64,000 nucleotides of DNA, from NCBI GenBank assembly GCA_963709825.1, contig CAVPXZ010000001.1, positions 90,452 through 154,451 on the forward strand, written 5' to 3'. Below are positions 49,843-59,284 of this stretch, in pieces (position 1 is the first letter of the stretch; each line of letters begins with the position of its first letter). A model generated the notes under the pieces. The model was not told the DNA's origin, did no database searches, and saw nothing but the letters and a program-made list of their open reading frames with translations. The stretch is from an uncultured Alphaproteobacteria bacterium. GTDB taxonomy: Bacteria; Pseudomonadota; Alphaproteobacteria; Rhizobiales; Xanthobacteraceae. Made by a program: the position numbers and the translations under genes.

Positions 49843-50565
49843 ATGTGTAGCGATTGCGAGGACCAAAGGGTCGGTCGGAGGGGCCTTCTGAAGCTCGGGG
49901 CGGGGGGCATCGTCGCGCTCGGACTCGGCGGTGTGTCTTGGTATGCGCGCGCGGCCGAAGGTGCGGCCGCCAAGCTCTCGCCGGACGAGGCACTCGCAGC
50001 GCTGAAATCAGGCAACGAGCGCTATGTCAGCCATCCGGAACTCTGCTCGAACGATCTTGCGGAGCAGCGGCGCGCTGTCGCCGCGCACCAGGCGCCCTGG
50101 GCGACAATCATCAGCTGTGCCGACAGCCGTGTGCCTCCAGAGCTGATCTTAGGCGGCCACGGCGTCGGCGAACTCTTCGTTGCGCGGAACGCCGGCAATC
50201 TCGTGGATACTGCCACCCTCGGCACCGTCGAATACGGCGCCGCCGTTCTCGGTTCGCCGCTCATCGTCGTTCTGGCCCACACTAGTTGCGGCGCAGTGAA
50301 GGCGGCCTGCGACGTCGTAACGAAGAACGCAATTTATCCGGGCGCAATCGGCCAGATGATCCAGCCAATTTTGCCGGCGGCGCTTGCGGTGAAGAACGAT
50401 CCTGGCGATTTTGTCAACAACGCCGCTAAGGAAAGTGCAAAGCGGACCGCGGGGCGGCTGACCGCGACGAGCGAGCTCATCGCGGGCCTCGCTAACGAGG
50501 GAAAGTTGAAGATCGCCGCAGCGATCTACGACCTGAAAACGGGCGTCGTCAGCTATCTCGATTAA
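49843..50565 (+). CDS. beta-class carbonic anhydrase with Tat signal peptide
   Basis: RBS aaggagg. Twin-arginine leader GRRGLLKLGAGG. CADSR and HTSCGAV zinc-ligand motifs. Confidence 0.85.
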   Translation: MCSDCEDQRVGRRGLLKLGAGGIVALGLGGVSWYARAAEGAAAKLSPDEALAALKSGNERYVSHPELCSNDLAEQRRAVAAHQAPWATIISCADSRVPPELILGGHGVGELFVARNAGNLVDTATLGTVEYGAAVLGSPLIVVLAHTSCGAVKAACDVVTKNAIYPGAIGQMIQPILPAALAVKNDPGDFVNNAAKESAKRTAGRLTATSELIAGLANEGKLKIAAAIYDLKTGVVSYLD

Positions 50566-50604
50566 AGGGAGTTGACTAGAGGGAAGAACTCAACCGGCCA
50601 TTAG

Positions 50605-52201
50605 CCTCGATGTCTCAGATGGGTCGATGCTGTCGAAAAAGGCTTGAGAACTTTGGCGAACAATGATTCCGGTGATTCCATGATCTGAGCCTTGGAGGCT
50701 GCGATGATGGGTCGGCGGTGGGGCAATCAAGCAAGCCTGTTCTATCAGTTCCGGCTCGACGATCGGGTGCCGAAGGATCACCTGCTCAGACGTATCGATG
50801 GTTTTGTCACGACTGCCCTTGCGGATATCCACGGGCGACTGAGGCCTTCCTACAGTGAGATCGGCCGGCCATCGATTGATCCCGAGCTGCTGATCCGGAT
50901 GTTGATTATTGGCTACTGCTTTGGTCTTCGCTCCGAGCGGCGGCTGACGCAGGAAGTCGAGTTGCATCTGGCATATCGCTGGTTCTGCCGGCTCGACCTC
51001 GATGACACGGTTCCGCACCATTCGACCTTCTCGGAGAACCGGCTTCACCGGTTTCGCGATAGCGATGTCTTGCGCCACATCTTCGAACGCGTCGTTGCAG
51101 CCTGCATGACGGCCGGACTGGTCGGGGGCGAGGGCTTTGCCGTCGATGCCAGCGTGATGGAAGCCAATGCTAGCCGTTATCACGGCCAGGCGCCTGACGA
51201 GATTAATTGGGCCGAGCCCGAGCGGCAGACGCGTGCGGTGAAGGAATATCTTGCAAGGCTCGAAGCTGACGTGCAGCCCAACCCTGACCGCAAGCCACCG
51301 AAGGTGATCTCGCCAAGCGATCCCTGCTCGGCGTGGACCGCCAAGGCCAACAAGCGGGTGCAGTTTGGATACGGCCTCAATTACCTCATCGATCTTGAGA
51401 ACGCGGTCATCGTCGATGTCGAGCCGACGCCGGCACGGACCTACGATGAGGTAGAGTCCACAAAAGCGATGCTGGCTCGAACTGAGCAGCGCTTTCACTT
51501 GAAGCCGAAACGGCTCGCCGCCGATACGGCTTATTGGGACAGGCCGTTTCCTCGGTTGGCTGGTTGGCTGCGGAATCGCGCCCCATATCCCGGTGCGCGA
51601 CGCAAGCGAGCGCGATGACGGCACTTTCTCCCGCAGTGATTTCCGGTGGGACAGACGGCGCGGCGTCTACATCTGCCCGAACAACAAAGTGATGCATACC
51701 ACCGGGACTGTGTACGATGGCACCTTACTACGCTATCGCGCCTCGAAATTCGATTGTGATGTTTGTTCGCTTAAGATGAAGTGTTGTCCCAAGACGCCGG
51801 CGCGGCATGTTCCCCGCGATCTGCAAGAAGACGCTCGCGATGTGGCACGTCGTCTTATGGGGACAAAGCACTTCCTAAAGTCACGCGATGAGCGAAAGCG
51901 CGTCGAGATGCGTTTTGCTCACCTTAAAATCCACCATGGATTCGAACGCATGCGACTTCGAGGTCTATCCGGCGCGCGCGACGAATTCCATCTCGCCGCC
52001 ATTGTGCAGAACCTCAAAACGCTGGCGCTGCGAGCCCTCAAGCCTCCTAACATGCTTCAATCGGCAGCGCTTGCGTAAGTGAAGGTTTACAGCTCGCAAC
52101 CTAGTAGGCGGCAGGCCTCGGGCCTCATCAAATCGGGCGACGGGTTATTCCGAGAAAACAGCGCCTTTTTCGACAGCATCGGTCAAAATGCGACATCGCG
52201 G
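50605..52201 (+). mobile_element. IS1182-family element, second type (boundaries +/-20 bp), transposase frameshifted
   Basis: About 39-bp imperfect IRs (..cgatgtc..cgatgctgtcgaaaaaggc at both ends). Confidence 0.8.
50692..52078 (+). pseudogene. IS1182-family transposase interrupted by a 1-nt frameshift near 51533
   Basis: ORF1 ends ...LAADTAYWDRPF. Shifting +1 at gcttat(t)ggg restores ...DTAYGTGRFLGWLVGCGIAPHIPVRDASERDDG, which continues into ORF2 (51593-52078). Confidence 0.85.
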
Positions 52202-52284
52202 AATGTCCTCGTCACGGCAGCTTTACCCCCGGAAGCCGACATTCGATTGCGCTGCAATATCTGGCCCGGCGGCCCGGCCGTTTT

Positions 52285-52614
52285 TCAGTATTCCTCGGCC
52301 AGCATGATGGTGATGACGCGCTTGGTGACATCTGGGTCACCCGGATCGGGCGAGTGATATTTCAGATCCTTATCGTAATAGTCGATTTTAAAAAAGATCG
52401 TGTGACCATCGGCTTCGAACGAGCCAAAGTCATGTTCTTGGTGTGGGTCGTTGGCATGGCAGAAGTCGTCGAACACCGCGATTGTCTTGATGATCCGGTC
52501 GACTGCTTCGTGGCCGAGCGCAGCAATCCCAGGCGTCATCACGGCCATACCGCCGGTCAGATGCTGACGTAGCTCGTCATTGAGCGCGCGAATTCGTTCG
52601 GTTTGCGTTGACAT
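52285..52614 (-). CDS. DUF3768-domain protein
   Basis: [10 protein letters not shown]...[20 protein letters not shown]...[31 protein letters not shown] matches my recollection of DUF3768, which is common on plasmids and ICEs. Confidence 0.7.
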   Translation of the reverse strand: MSTQTERIRALNDELRQHLTGGMAVMTPGIAALGHEAVDRIIKTIAVFDDFCHANDPHQEHDFGSFEADGHTIFFKIDYYDKDLKYHSPDPGDPDVTKRVITIMLAEEY

Positions 52615-52805
52615 CGTAAGTCTCCGTCAATGGGGGCTAAGCACAGGCGCAAGTCGCGTCTCCCACCTCAAGTCCGATCGTGTCGAAGGGTCGAAGAGCG
52701 ATTACGCCTGTGCGGGTGAAGTTCAGAACAGCGGCGTCCCAACGTGGGTTTTCGGAAGAACGCATAAGGCTGTGCCGATCGGTTCACCGGCACGCGCCCG
52801 AGGTC

Positions 52806-53360
52806 TCAGGCGACCGTTGGTTCGATCGCTGGCGACCGCATCAACGCGACGGCGTCGCAATGCCGCGTGAACTTTTGCTCCTTGGGATAATCTCGCCAGC
52901 GCAGTGTCAGCATGTCGCCAGTACGCTCGACCACGATCAACTCCCACCAGCCGTATTCCAGCGTCGCCTGCGCGATCACCAGGTGGCCGACAGCAATCTC
53001 GTCCCAGGTCCGCGGCAACCCTTGGGCAATCTGGATCGGGGCCGGTTGGTCTGCAGCCGGCGCGTGGCCGATAGCGGCCAGAAGCTTGGCGTAAAGGTCA
53101 CGCCTGACATAGGGCACAAAGCCACGGCCGTTGGCATACAACCGCCCAACCGGCAGTTTCTTGGCTAGCTCTGCCAGCTCGGGTGATGACGCCTCGCAGA
53201 GCTTCAGCTCCATCAGTTGCGCGGCCTTGCCGATCAGGTCCGGCTTGGCATCGGTAAAGCGGGCGGCACGCGGCTTGTCATGCTCATCGACGCCGAAAAC
53301 GACGATCGCCTTGGCCTCCGCAGTCTCTGAGCCTGACGTTTTGACGGTGGTATTGCTCAT
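52806..53360 (-). CDS. hypothetical protein (184 aa), ICE/plasmid-associated type
   Basis: Clean ORF with ATG. No domain recognised. Neighbour of DUF3768. Confidence 0.5.
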   Translation of the reverse strand: MSNTTVKTSGSETAEAKAIVVFGVDEHDKPRAARFTDAKPDLIGKAAQLMELKLCEASSPELAELAKKLPVGRLYANGRGFVPYVRRDLYAKLLAAIGHAPAADQPAPIQIAQGLPRTWDEIAVGHLVIAQATLEYGWWELIVVERTGDMLTLRWRDYPKEQKFTRHCDAVALMRSPAIEPTVA

Positions 53361-53556
53361 TTAGAGTCTCCTGAAATCCGAAGGGGCCCGCGTGGGGCCC
53401 CTTTTGCGATGGTGTGAGATGAATTGCGATGATGCGACAGTATATCTGGCGGTTTTATGCGCAACATGTAAGTTATTTACTCCAAATCAGCCTGATCGCA
53501 CTTCGCATAGCAATGATATAGTCACACAATAACTCAGTCAAACGCTACGTTGCTTA

Positions 53557-54502
53557 GAGCCGATCCAAGAAGTTGGGATTCATGAGCAAAGGGTTGGTCT
53601 GGTCAAGCGTCTGAGCATGATGCGGATCATGGCGAGGCGGACAAAGGCGGCAACGGTCCTGGCATAGCGCTCGAAGTCGCGCGCCAGACGACGGTTGCGG
53701 CTGATCCATGCGATTGTGCGCTCGACGATCCATCGCTTGGGCAAGACGACGAAGTGGTGGGCATCGCGGCGCTTGACGATCTGCAATGTCCAGCACCCGG
53801 TGCCGGCAATGACCTTCTCCATCTTCGGCCCCTGATATCCGGCATCCGCGAAGATGCATTCGATGAAGGGAAACAGACGACGCGCCGTCCGCAGCACTTG
53901 GCGGGCGCCATCGCGATCCTGCACGTCGGCAGGGTGAACGATCACGCTCAACAGCAGGCCGAGCGTATCGACGAGGATGTGGCGCTTGCGTCCCGTGACC
54001 TTCTTGCCTGCATCGAACCCCTGCGGGTCGAGCGCAGAGCCCCTTTTTGAGCGGCCTTGGCGCTCTGACTGTCAATGATCGCCGCCGTCGGGCTTGCTTC
54101 GCGTCCGGCCTGCTCGCGGGTCGCGACGTAGAGCGAGTGGTGGATGCGCGCCAGCGTGCCGTCCCAGTCCCATAGCATGAAGTAATAGTGCGCTGTGCTC
54201 TTCGGTGGCAGGTCCTTCGGCAAGGCCTGCCACTGGCAGCCAGTCGACAGCACGTAGCAGATCGCGTTCAGCACCTCGCGGACATTCACGTCCCGCGGCC
54301 GGCCGCCGTGCTTGGCCGGTGGAACCATCGGTTCAACCAGCGCCCATTCGGCGTCGCTGAGGTCACTCGGGTAACGAAGGCCGTGCCGCTCGGCAGCCTG
54401 CCGGTGTTCGGGCTTCCACATCGGGCGCTCCTGTGCGAATCAAGGCGCCCATCAAGGAATCACAACCGACTTATCCAACTCAACATCTTCTTGGATCGGC
54501 TC
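53557..54502 (-). mobile_element. IS5-family (IS427/IS1031-type) insertion sequence, 946 bp, with 3-bp TTA target duplication
   Basis: 16-bp perfect IRs gagccgatccaagaag (53557-53572) and cttcttggatcggctc (54487-54502). Flanked by tta at 53554-53556 and 54503-54505. Confidence 0.9.
53580..54421 (-). CDS. IS5-family transposase made from orfA (53948-54421) and orfB by -1 programmed frameshift
   Basis: Slippery run caaaaag (complement of 54043-54050). The -1 shift gives ...AAQK/RGSALDPQGFDAGKKVTGRKRHILVDTLGLLL..., the canonical DDE region. Confidence 0.8.
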
Positions 54503-54509
54503 TTAGATA

Positions 54510-55304
54510 TTACTTGTTAGCATGATTGCCATCGATACGCTGGTGCACAACTTTCTGCACCGTACCGGCATTGCTTCCGCCGACCTCGATCCAGCGCGGA
54601 CGATCCTTTGGCGCGGCGAGCAGGATGCACGACAACGCCATGGTGAGTACTTTGTCGGCAACGCCGTAGACTTGGCGCAAAGGCTCGATCAGCGCCTGCC
54701 GCATGCAGCCAAGGCGGTCAGGGATGGTCGGATCGTCAGCGTCTTTCAACCGACCGTCGATCCAGCCAACCAAGTCGCCGTCGGCAATGTCACGGATGAA
54801 CAGGTAGAGCGAATAGGCGGTCTGGTTAAGCCGGCCGTTGCGCAGATGGTGCGTTGGCAGGGGGCATTGGTTGATGTGGCAGGGCTCGGCGCACGTCCGG
54901 CTCGTCTTGTCATAGCGGCAGTCGTGGAAATGCCAGTAGCTCTTAAGCTTCGGGCAGGTGACGCCTCGGGCGAGCTTCTTTTCGATGTCGTGCCACCGCG
55001 CCTGGCCGTAACGCTCCATGTACTCATAGGCTACCCGGTCGGAGATGCCCTGGTAACTCAAGGCCGCCATCAGCCAATCGTACAGGGTTGCGGTATCATG
55101 GCGACGGATGGCGGAGCGGAGGGCGGCGCCGCCATTCTCGTTCCGGATTTGCTCGATCAGGTCCGCGGAGCCAGCGAGGCAGCAAACCCGGTGGATTATG
55201 CGGACAGCATGGTCGAGTGCTGAAGCACCCGATCTGCCAGCATCGGACTGGAGCGCCGACTGTCCGACGGGACGCTTTATGCTGCGCGGTTCGAGTGTGG
55301 CCAT
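54510..55304 (-). CDS. Cys-rich HhH-GPD-like protein (putative DNA glycosylase fold), C-terminus aberrant
   Basis: HhH-like segment LRQVYGVADKVLTMALSCILL. Cys cluster CPKLKSYWHFHDCRYDKTSRTCAEPCHINQC. The expected downstream xDTxVxxxxxRxG motif is absent from this strand (see findings). Confidence 0.5.
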   Translation of the reverse strand: MATLEPRSIKRPVGQSALQSDAGRSGASALDHAVRIIHRVCCLAGSADLIEQIRNENGGAALRSAIRRHDTATLYDWLMAALSYQGISDRVAYEYMERYGQARWHDIEKKLARGVTCPKLKSYWHFHDCRYDKTSRTCAEPCHINQCPLPTHHLRNGRLNQTAYSLYLFIRDIADGDLVGWIDGRLKDADDPTIPDRLGCMRQALIEPLRQVYGVADKVLTMALSCILLAAPKDRPRWIEVGGSNAGTVQKVVHQRIDGNHANK

Positions 55305-55305
55305 T

Positions 55306-55881
55306 TCAGATCATTGACACCAGCTTGCGCTGGGCGTCGGTATCGCCGTCAATGTACCGCTGGGTCGTCTGAATTGACCGATGGCCGGCCAACACCTGGA
55401 CATCCCGCAACGACCCACCAGCCTTGTGCACCAGACGAGCAGCGCGGGTGATGAACGTCCGGCGTCCGGAATGGGATGAACAGCCTTTCAGCCCCATGTT
55501 GCGGAATGCGCGATTGAACCAGAGCACGATACTCAGTGACGTCATGGCACCACCACGCTCTGATCGAATGACAGGTCCGATGCCGTTCGCGAGACCTTGA
55601 AGGACGGTGAGTGCTTGGCGAAGGTCGGGATGCAAAGGGATCAATCGTCCGCTGCCGTTCTTGGCCGCATTATCGTGCAGCTCGATCACCGAACCGATGT
55701 CGCCGGTTGGATCGAGCACCATGTCCCAGGTCAGATGGGCGATCTCACCGGCACGCAGGCCAGCCTTGGCGGCCAGCAGGACGATCACTCGATTGCGCGC
55801 GGCGTGTCGGGTGCAGTTAGCAAAAATCAGGAGATCAAAGACGTCGTCAACGGAGAGAATTTTTGCTTGCTTGCCGGGCAT
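55306..55881 (-). CDS. short (191 aa) tyrosine recombinase, catalytic domain only
   Basis: GLRAGE (R), HSGRRTF (HxxR), LAGHRSIQTTQRY (H...Y). There is 1 nt between its stop and the downstream gene start. Confidence 0.8.
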   Translation of the reverse strand: MPGKQAKILSVDDVFDLLIFANCTRHAARNRVIVLLAAKAGLRAGEIAHLTWDMVLDPTGDIGSVIELHDNAAKNGSGRLIPLHPDLRQALTVLQGLANGIGPVIRSERGGAMTSLSIVLWFNRAFRNMGLKGCSSHSGRRTFITRAARLVHKAGGSLRDVQVLAGHRSIQTTQRYIDGDTDAQRKLVSMI

Positions 55882-56056
55882 ATCGAGTTGTCTAGTTGAT
55901 CATGATTTGTGTAGCAAAGTAGCTGTGAATTCACAACGACAACAATCGCAGAATGGCTCTCCTGTACACTGATAAGGAAAGTGCAATTTTCTTATTAGTC
56001 GCTACCGAGTTTCGGGTGGAGGAAATGGCGGGTATTCTACCGACTTATCGAGGTCT

Positions 56057-56122
56057 ACCGAGCGGTAAGGTGGTGGATTTTGATTCCGCCATGCGGAGGT
56101 TCGAATCCTCCCGCCCCAGCCA
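56057..56122 (+). tRNA. tRNA-Gln(UUG) 3' portion (D-arm to CCA); 5' acceptor strand missing, so likely an att-site remnant or pseudo-tRNA
   Basis: Hand fold: D-arm accg/agcggta/aggt, anticodon stem gtgga/tccgc with loop ttTTGat, T-arm ggagg-ttcgaat-cctcc, 3' acceptor cgcccca-g-cca. The required 5' strand tggggcg is not present upstream (found tcgaggt). Confidence 0.6.
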
Positions 56123-56452
56123 GATTTTTCCTCAGAAAATTCGATACTTAGCGTGTGCCGCGATGTTCTCCAGAGGCGTTTTCATGTTGCGTCATTTTGC
56201 AAAAAATTTCCAAGCAATTTCAACGGTCGCCAAAGGGTGCCGGCTCCTCCGCGCGGCATGGACGCGACATGGGCACGCCTGAAGGAATTGATTTAAGCGG
56301 CGCCGGTTCGCCTAATGTCACCGACAATGACGTAGCGAGCTGCCGGAAACCGTCGAAGCAGTACTCAAATTCTTTTCAAACTGAAATTCACCCTAAGGGC
56401 GAGTTTCTTCGATACTATAGTGAGCTAAATCCCCCTCCTGCATCGAGCCATT

Positions 56453-57631
56453 GTGAGAACCATCGCCTTTGACCAGCTCGCTACTGCGGACCTTCATGTA
56501 GATGCACTCTACGAGGGAGGGCGGCGCGGCAACGCCGGAGACGATCCGCTGCCAAAGCTGTTGCGCGTAGATAGTCAGGGTGGTTTCCGATACCGAGGCA
56601 AGGTCGCGGGCAAGCTCCAAATGCTTGTGCTTACCTCCAGCACGAACGATCCCGACTGGCCTGACGCACTGGATCGAGAAACGGGCGTTTTTACCTACTA
56701 CGGCGACAACAAGAAGCCGGGCCGCGAACTTCACGACACCGGCCGCGACGGCAATCTTATCTTGCAGAAGATATTCGCGGCTGCTCATTCTGGGCAGGAG
56801 GCCAGATGCGAGGTGCCCCCAATATTCGTTTTTGCCGGCACCTCTTCCTGGCGCGACATGAATTTTCTCGGACTTGGCGTGCCTGGAGCATCTGACTTGG
56901 ATTCTTCGGAAGAGCTGGTAGCCATCTGGCGAACTGCCGAAGGCAAACGATTTCAGAATTATCGGGCTAGGTTCACCATATTGGATGCCCCCGTCATTTC
57001 GAGAGCCTGGGTCGACAGTCTCATCGCCGGAAAGCCCGATGATGCTGCGGCGCCGGATGCGTGGCGAACATGGGTCAAGACAGGCCGCCGCCGCCCATTG
57101 ATGGCTACACGCTCGCTGGAATATCGCAGTAAGAGCGAGCAATTGCCTCAAGACGAGGAAGGCAGTGCCATAATCCAGGCAGTCCGCGAATATTTCAAGG
57201 ATGCTCCGCATGCCTTCGAACATTGCGCGGCGGCGATCGCCCGTCTGATGCTGCCGGATGTTGCTGTTCTGGACGTAACTCGGCCGTCGAGAGACGGGGG
57301 CCGAGATGCGGTTGGCCAAATGCGAGTTGGTGCAGGGGCCAGCGGCATTCTCGTCGACTTTGCCCTCGAAGCTAAATGCTATTCGCCTCCAAACTCAGTT
57401 GGCGTCCGCGACATGTCGAGGTTGATTTCACGTCTCAGACACCGACAATTCGGCGTTCTCGTCACGACAACCTGGGTGGATCTCCAAGCATACAAGGAGA
57501 TAAAGGAAGACCAGCATCCCATCGTCATCGTTTCTGCCGTGGACATAGTCGATCTCCTTCGCCGAACCGGAAAAGGGAGCGCCGTCGAGGTTGTAACTTG
57601 GCTGACTGAGCAGTTCCCAAAGAGCACTTGA
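56453..57631 (+). CDS. type IV (modification-dependent) restriction endonuclease candidate: SRA/PUA-like N-domain plus Mrr-cat nuclease domain
   Basis: C-terminus PSRDGGRDAVG...VDFALEAKCY...VGVRDMSRL..FGVLVTTTW = D...ExK Mrr-type core. N-terminus GVFTYYGDNKKPGRELHDTGRDGNLIL resembles YxGxG...GNxxL of SRA/YDG-type readers. GTG start. Confidence 0.6.
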   Translation: MRTIAFDQLATADLHVDALYEGGRRGNAGDDPLPKLLRVDSQGGFRYRGKVAGKLQMLVLTSSTNDPDWPDALDRETGVFTYYGDNKKPGRELHDTGRDGNLILQKIFAAAHSGQEARCEVPPIFVFAGTSSWRDMNFLGLGVPGASDLDSSEELVAIWRTAEGKRFQNYRARFTILDAPVISRAWVDSLIAGKPDDAAAPDAWRTWVKTGRRRPLMATRSLEYRSKSEQLPQDEEGSAIIQAVREYFKDAPHAFEHCAAAIARLMLPDVAVLDVTRPSRDGGRDAVGQMRVGAGASGILVDFALEAKCYSPPNSVGVRDMSRLISRLRHRQFGVLVTTTWVDLQAYKEIKEDQHPIVIVSAVDIVDLLRRTGKGSAVEVVTWLTEQFPKST

Positions 57632-57632
57632 T

Positions 57633-58680
57633 CTACGTGTCGCTCAGGGCTTCGACTTTTACGATGCCGGCCTCTTCAGTGGCACGGAGAGCCTCCAGGG
57701 CCGGTTTAGCCTGTTTGGCTGACGGCTTTCGATCCCAGCCACCAGCAGCGTAGCTAGCCAAGGTTCGGCAAATGCCGGCGACCTTCCAATGGAATAGTCC
57801 AGCTTTCAACCCAAGCTCGGCGACCTCCATCCAGGTAGAGCTTTTGATCTTCATGCATCGTTCGATCTTTTCGTAATCGGCAACTGATAGCCCGCCCGCG
57901 GTTGCGACCGGATCAGCGGCTTGACCAGCTCCTGAATAGGAAAGCTCCGGTGGCAAAGGGTCCGCAAGCACCGGCAGATGGTCCTGAATATCCTTCCAGC
58001 ACTCTTCCTTCTTAAACCATTCGCTGGGGTTACGCTGTCCCGCAGATCGCCGTAAACTCGCATCAATCTGCGGCGCCCACGCTTCGACAAGATGATCCAT
58101 CTCCGGGCTGACCGTTTGCCGCGACCATAGCCGGTCGAAATCAATTCGTCCGCCCGTCTTCTGAGCAATGCCCGCTACCAGATACGCGGTAATCTGCGCC
58201 CCATATGCGGGGAATTTCATGCTTCGAATTTTCTTTTCAACGGCTCGATAGAGTATTGCTATTGCGATCAATCGTTTGAACCACGCTGTGTCCGGCGGTG
58301 GCGGAGGGCTGTCTTTCATTCTCTGCATGAAATGCTGAAAGTTCTTCTGTCCACCGAGACACACTCTGTGGGGAAGACCCGCCCAGGCGCTCAAATATCT
58401 GGCGACATCTAGCTTGCTGAAACGGCGACTCTTCGGCGTTTGAGCACGAAATGTTTTCTGATCCGATTTCCGGTAAGCGGCCTTCTGCTCGGCAGCGAGG
58501 TACGAACCTCGCGCTGTCTCATAAAACCAGCGGCCCTTTCCATCGTCCAGCCAGGTATTGCTAGCGATATTTTCCACCTCCTGGTGAAACGGGTCTCCAG
58601 CCGAAAAGTCGGCGAGCTGAATGGTGTTCTGTCTGTTCGCCGCTCGCGAGATAGATGCGACCATCTCGCTAAGCCGCCGC
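57633..58680 (-). pseudogene. AIPR-family abortive-infection protein, 5'-truncated (C-terminal ~350 aa retained)
   Basis: ISRAANRQNTIQLADFSAGDPFHQ...GRWFYETARGSY...LDVARYLSAWAGLPH matches my recollection of the AIPR C-terminal half. The N-terminal NGxQT region is absent. The ORF extends by chance into the IS91 remnant. Confidence 0.5.
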
Positions 58681-58684
58681 GCCA

Positions 58685-59284
58685 CGGGAGGACGGCAATG
58701 CTCGCGCACGCCCACGCAGCCGGCCGCCTCGCGTTCTCCGGCGACCACGCCGGACTCGCCAGTGCCGCTGCATTCACTGCCTTCGTAAAGCCGCTGCAAG
58801 GCCGAGTGGGTCGTGTACGCCAAGAAGCCGTTCGGCGGACCGCAGGCGGTGCTGGCTTATTTGGCGCGCTACACCCATCGGGTCGCTATCGCCAACAGCC
58901 GGCTGATCTCAGCCGACGAGACCGGCGTCACCTTCAAATGGAAGGATTACCGGATCGAGGGGGCCGGCCGGGACATTGCCCGCGCATGAGTTCATCCGGC
59001 GCTTCCTGATCCACGTGCTGCCCAAGGGCCTGCATCGCATCCGCCACTACGGCCTGTTCGCCAACGGCAAAAACCGCGCCGCTAATATCGCTAGGGCTCG
59101 CCAACTGCTCGCCGCGCCGCAAAACCGAGAGCAGCATCTCGATCCCGCCGCCGAATCCGATCAGCCCCGTGCTCTGCCAATGCCTTGCCCATGCTGCGGT
59201 AGCCGCATGATCATCATCGAGACCTTCGCGCGTGGTTGCCAGCCCAAGAATGCTCCGGCAGCGATCAGGATCGACACCTCATGA
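58685..59284 (+). pseudogene. IS91-family transposase remnant (C-terminal ~200 codons, at least 2 frameshifts)
   Basis: AHAAGRLAFSGDHAGLASAAAFTAFVKPL / EWVVYAKKPFGGPQAVLAYLARYTHRVAIANSRL / HEFIRRFLIHVLPKGLHRIRHYGLFANG...CPCCGSRM lie in three frames and are collinear with 48165-49418. Confidence 0.85.

Noticed and set aside
54522-55223. 233-aa plus-strand ORF as a real gene
   Set aside because: Only its first 17 codons look meaningful (the HhH-GPD-like motif). The rest is antisense to the Cys-rich protein and has no features.
56012-56450. Two-piece (permuted) alphaproteobacterial tmRNA, suggested by a T-arm/CCA end followed by non-coding sequence
   Set aside because: The anticodon arm with a UUG anticodon and the D-arm identify it as tRNA-Gln-derived. 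No ANDN...-type tag reading frame or 5' GGGG acceptor piece was found downstream.
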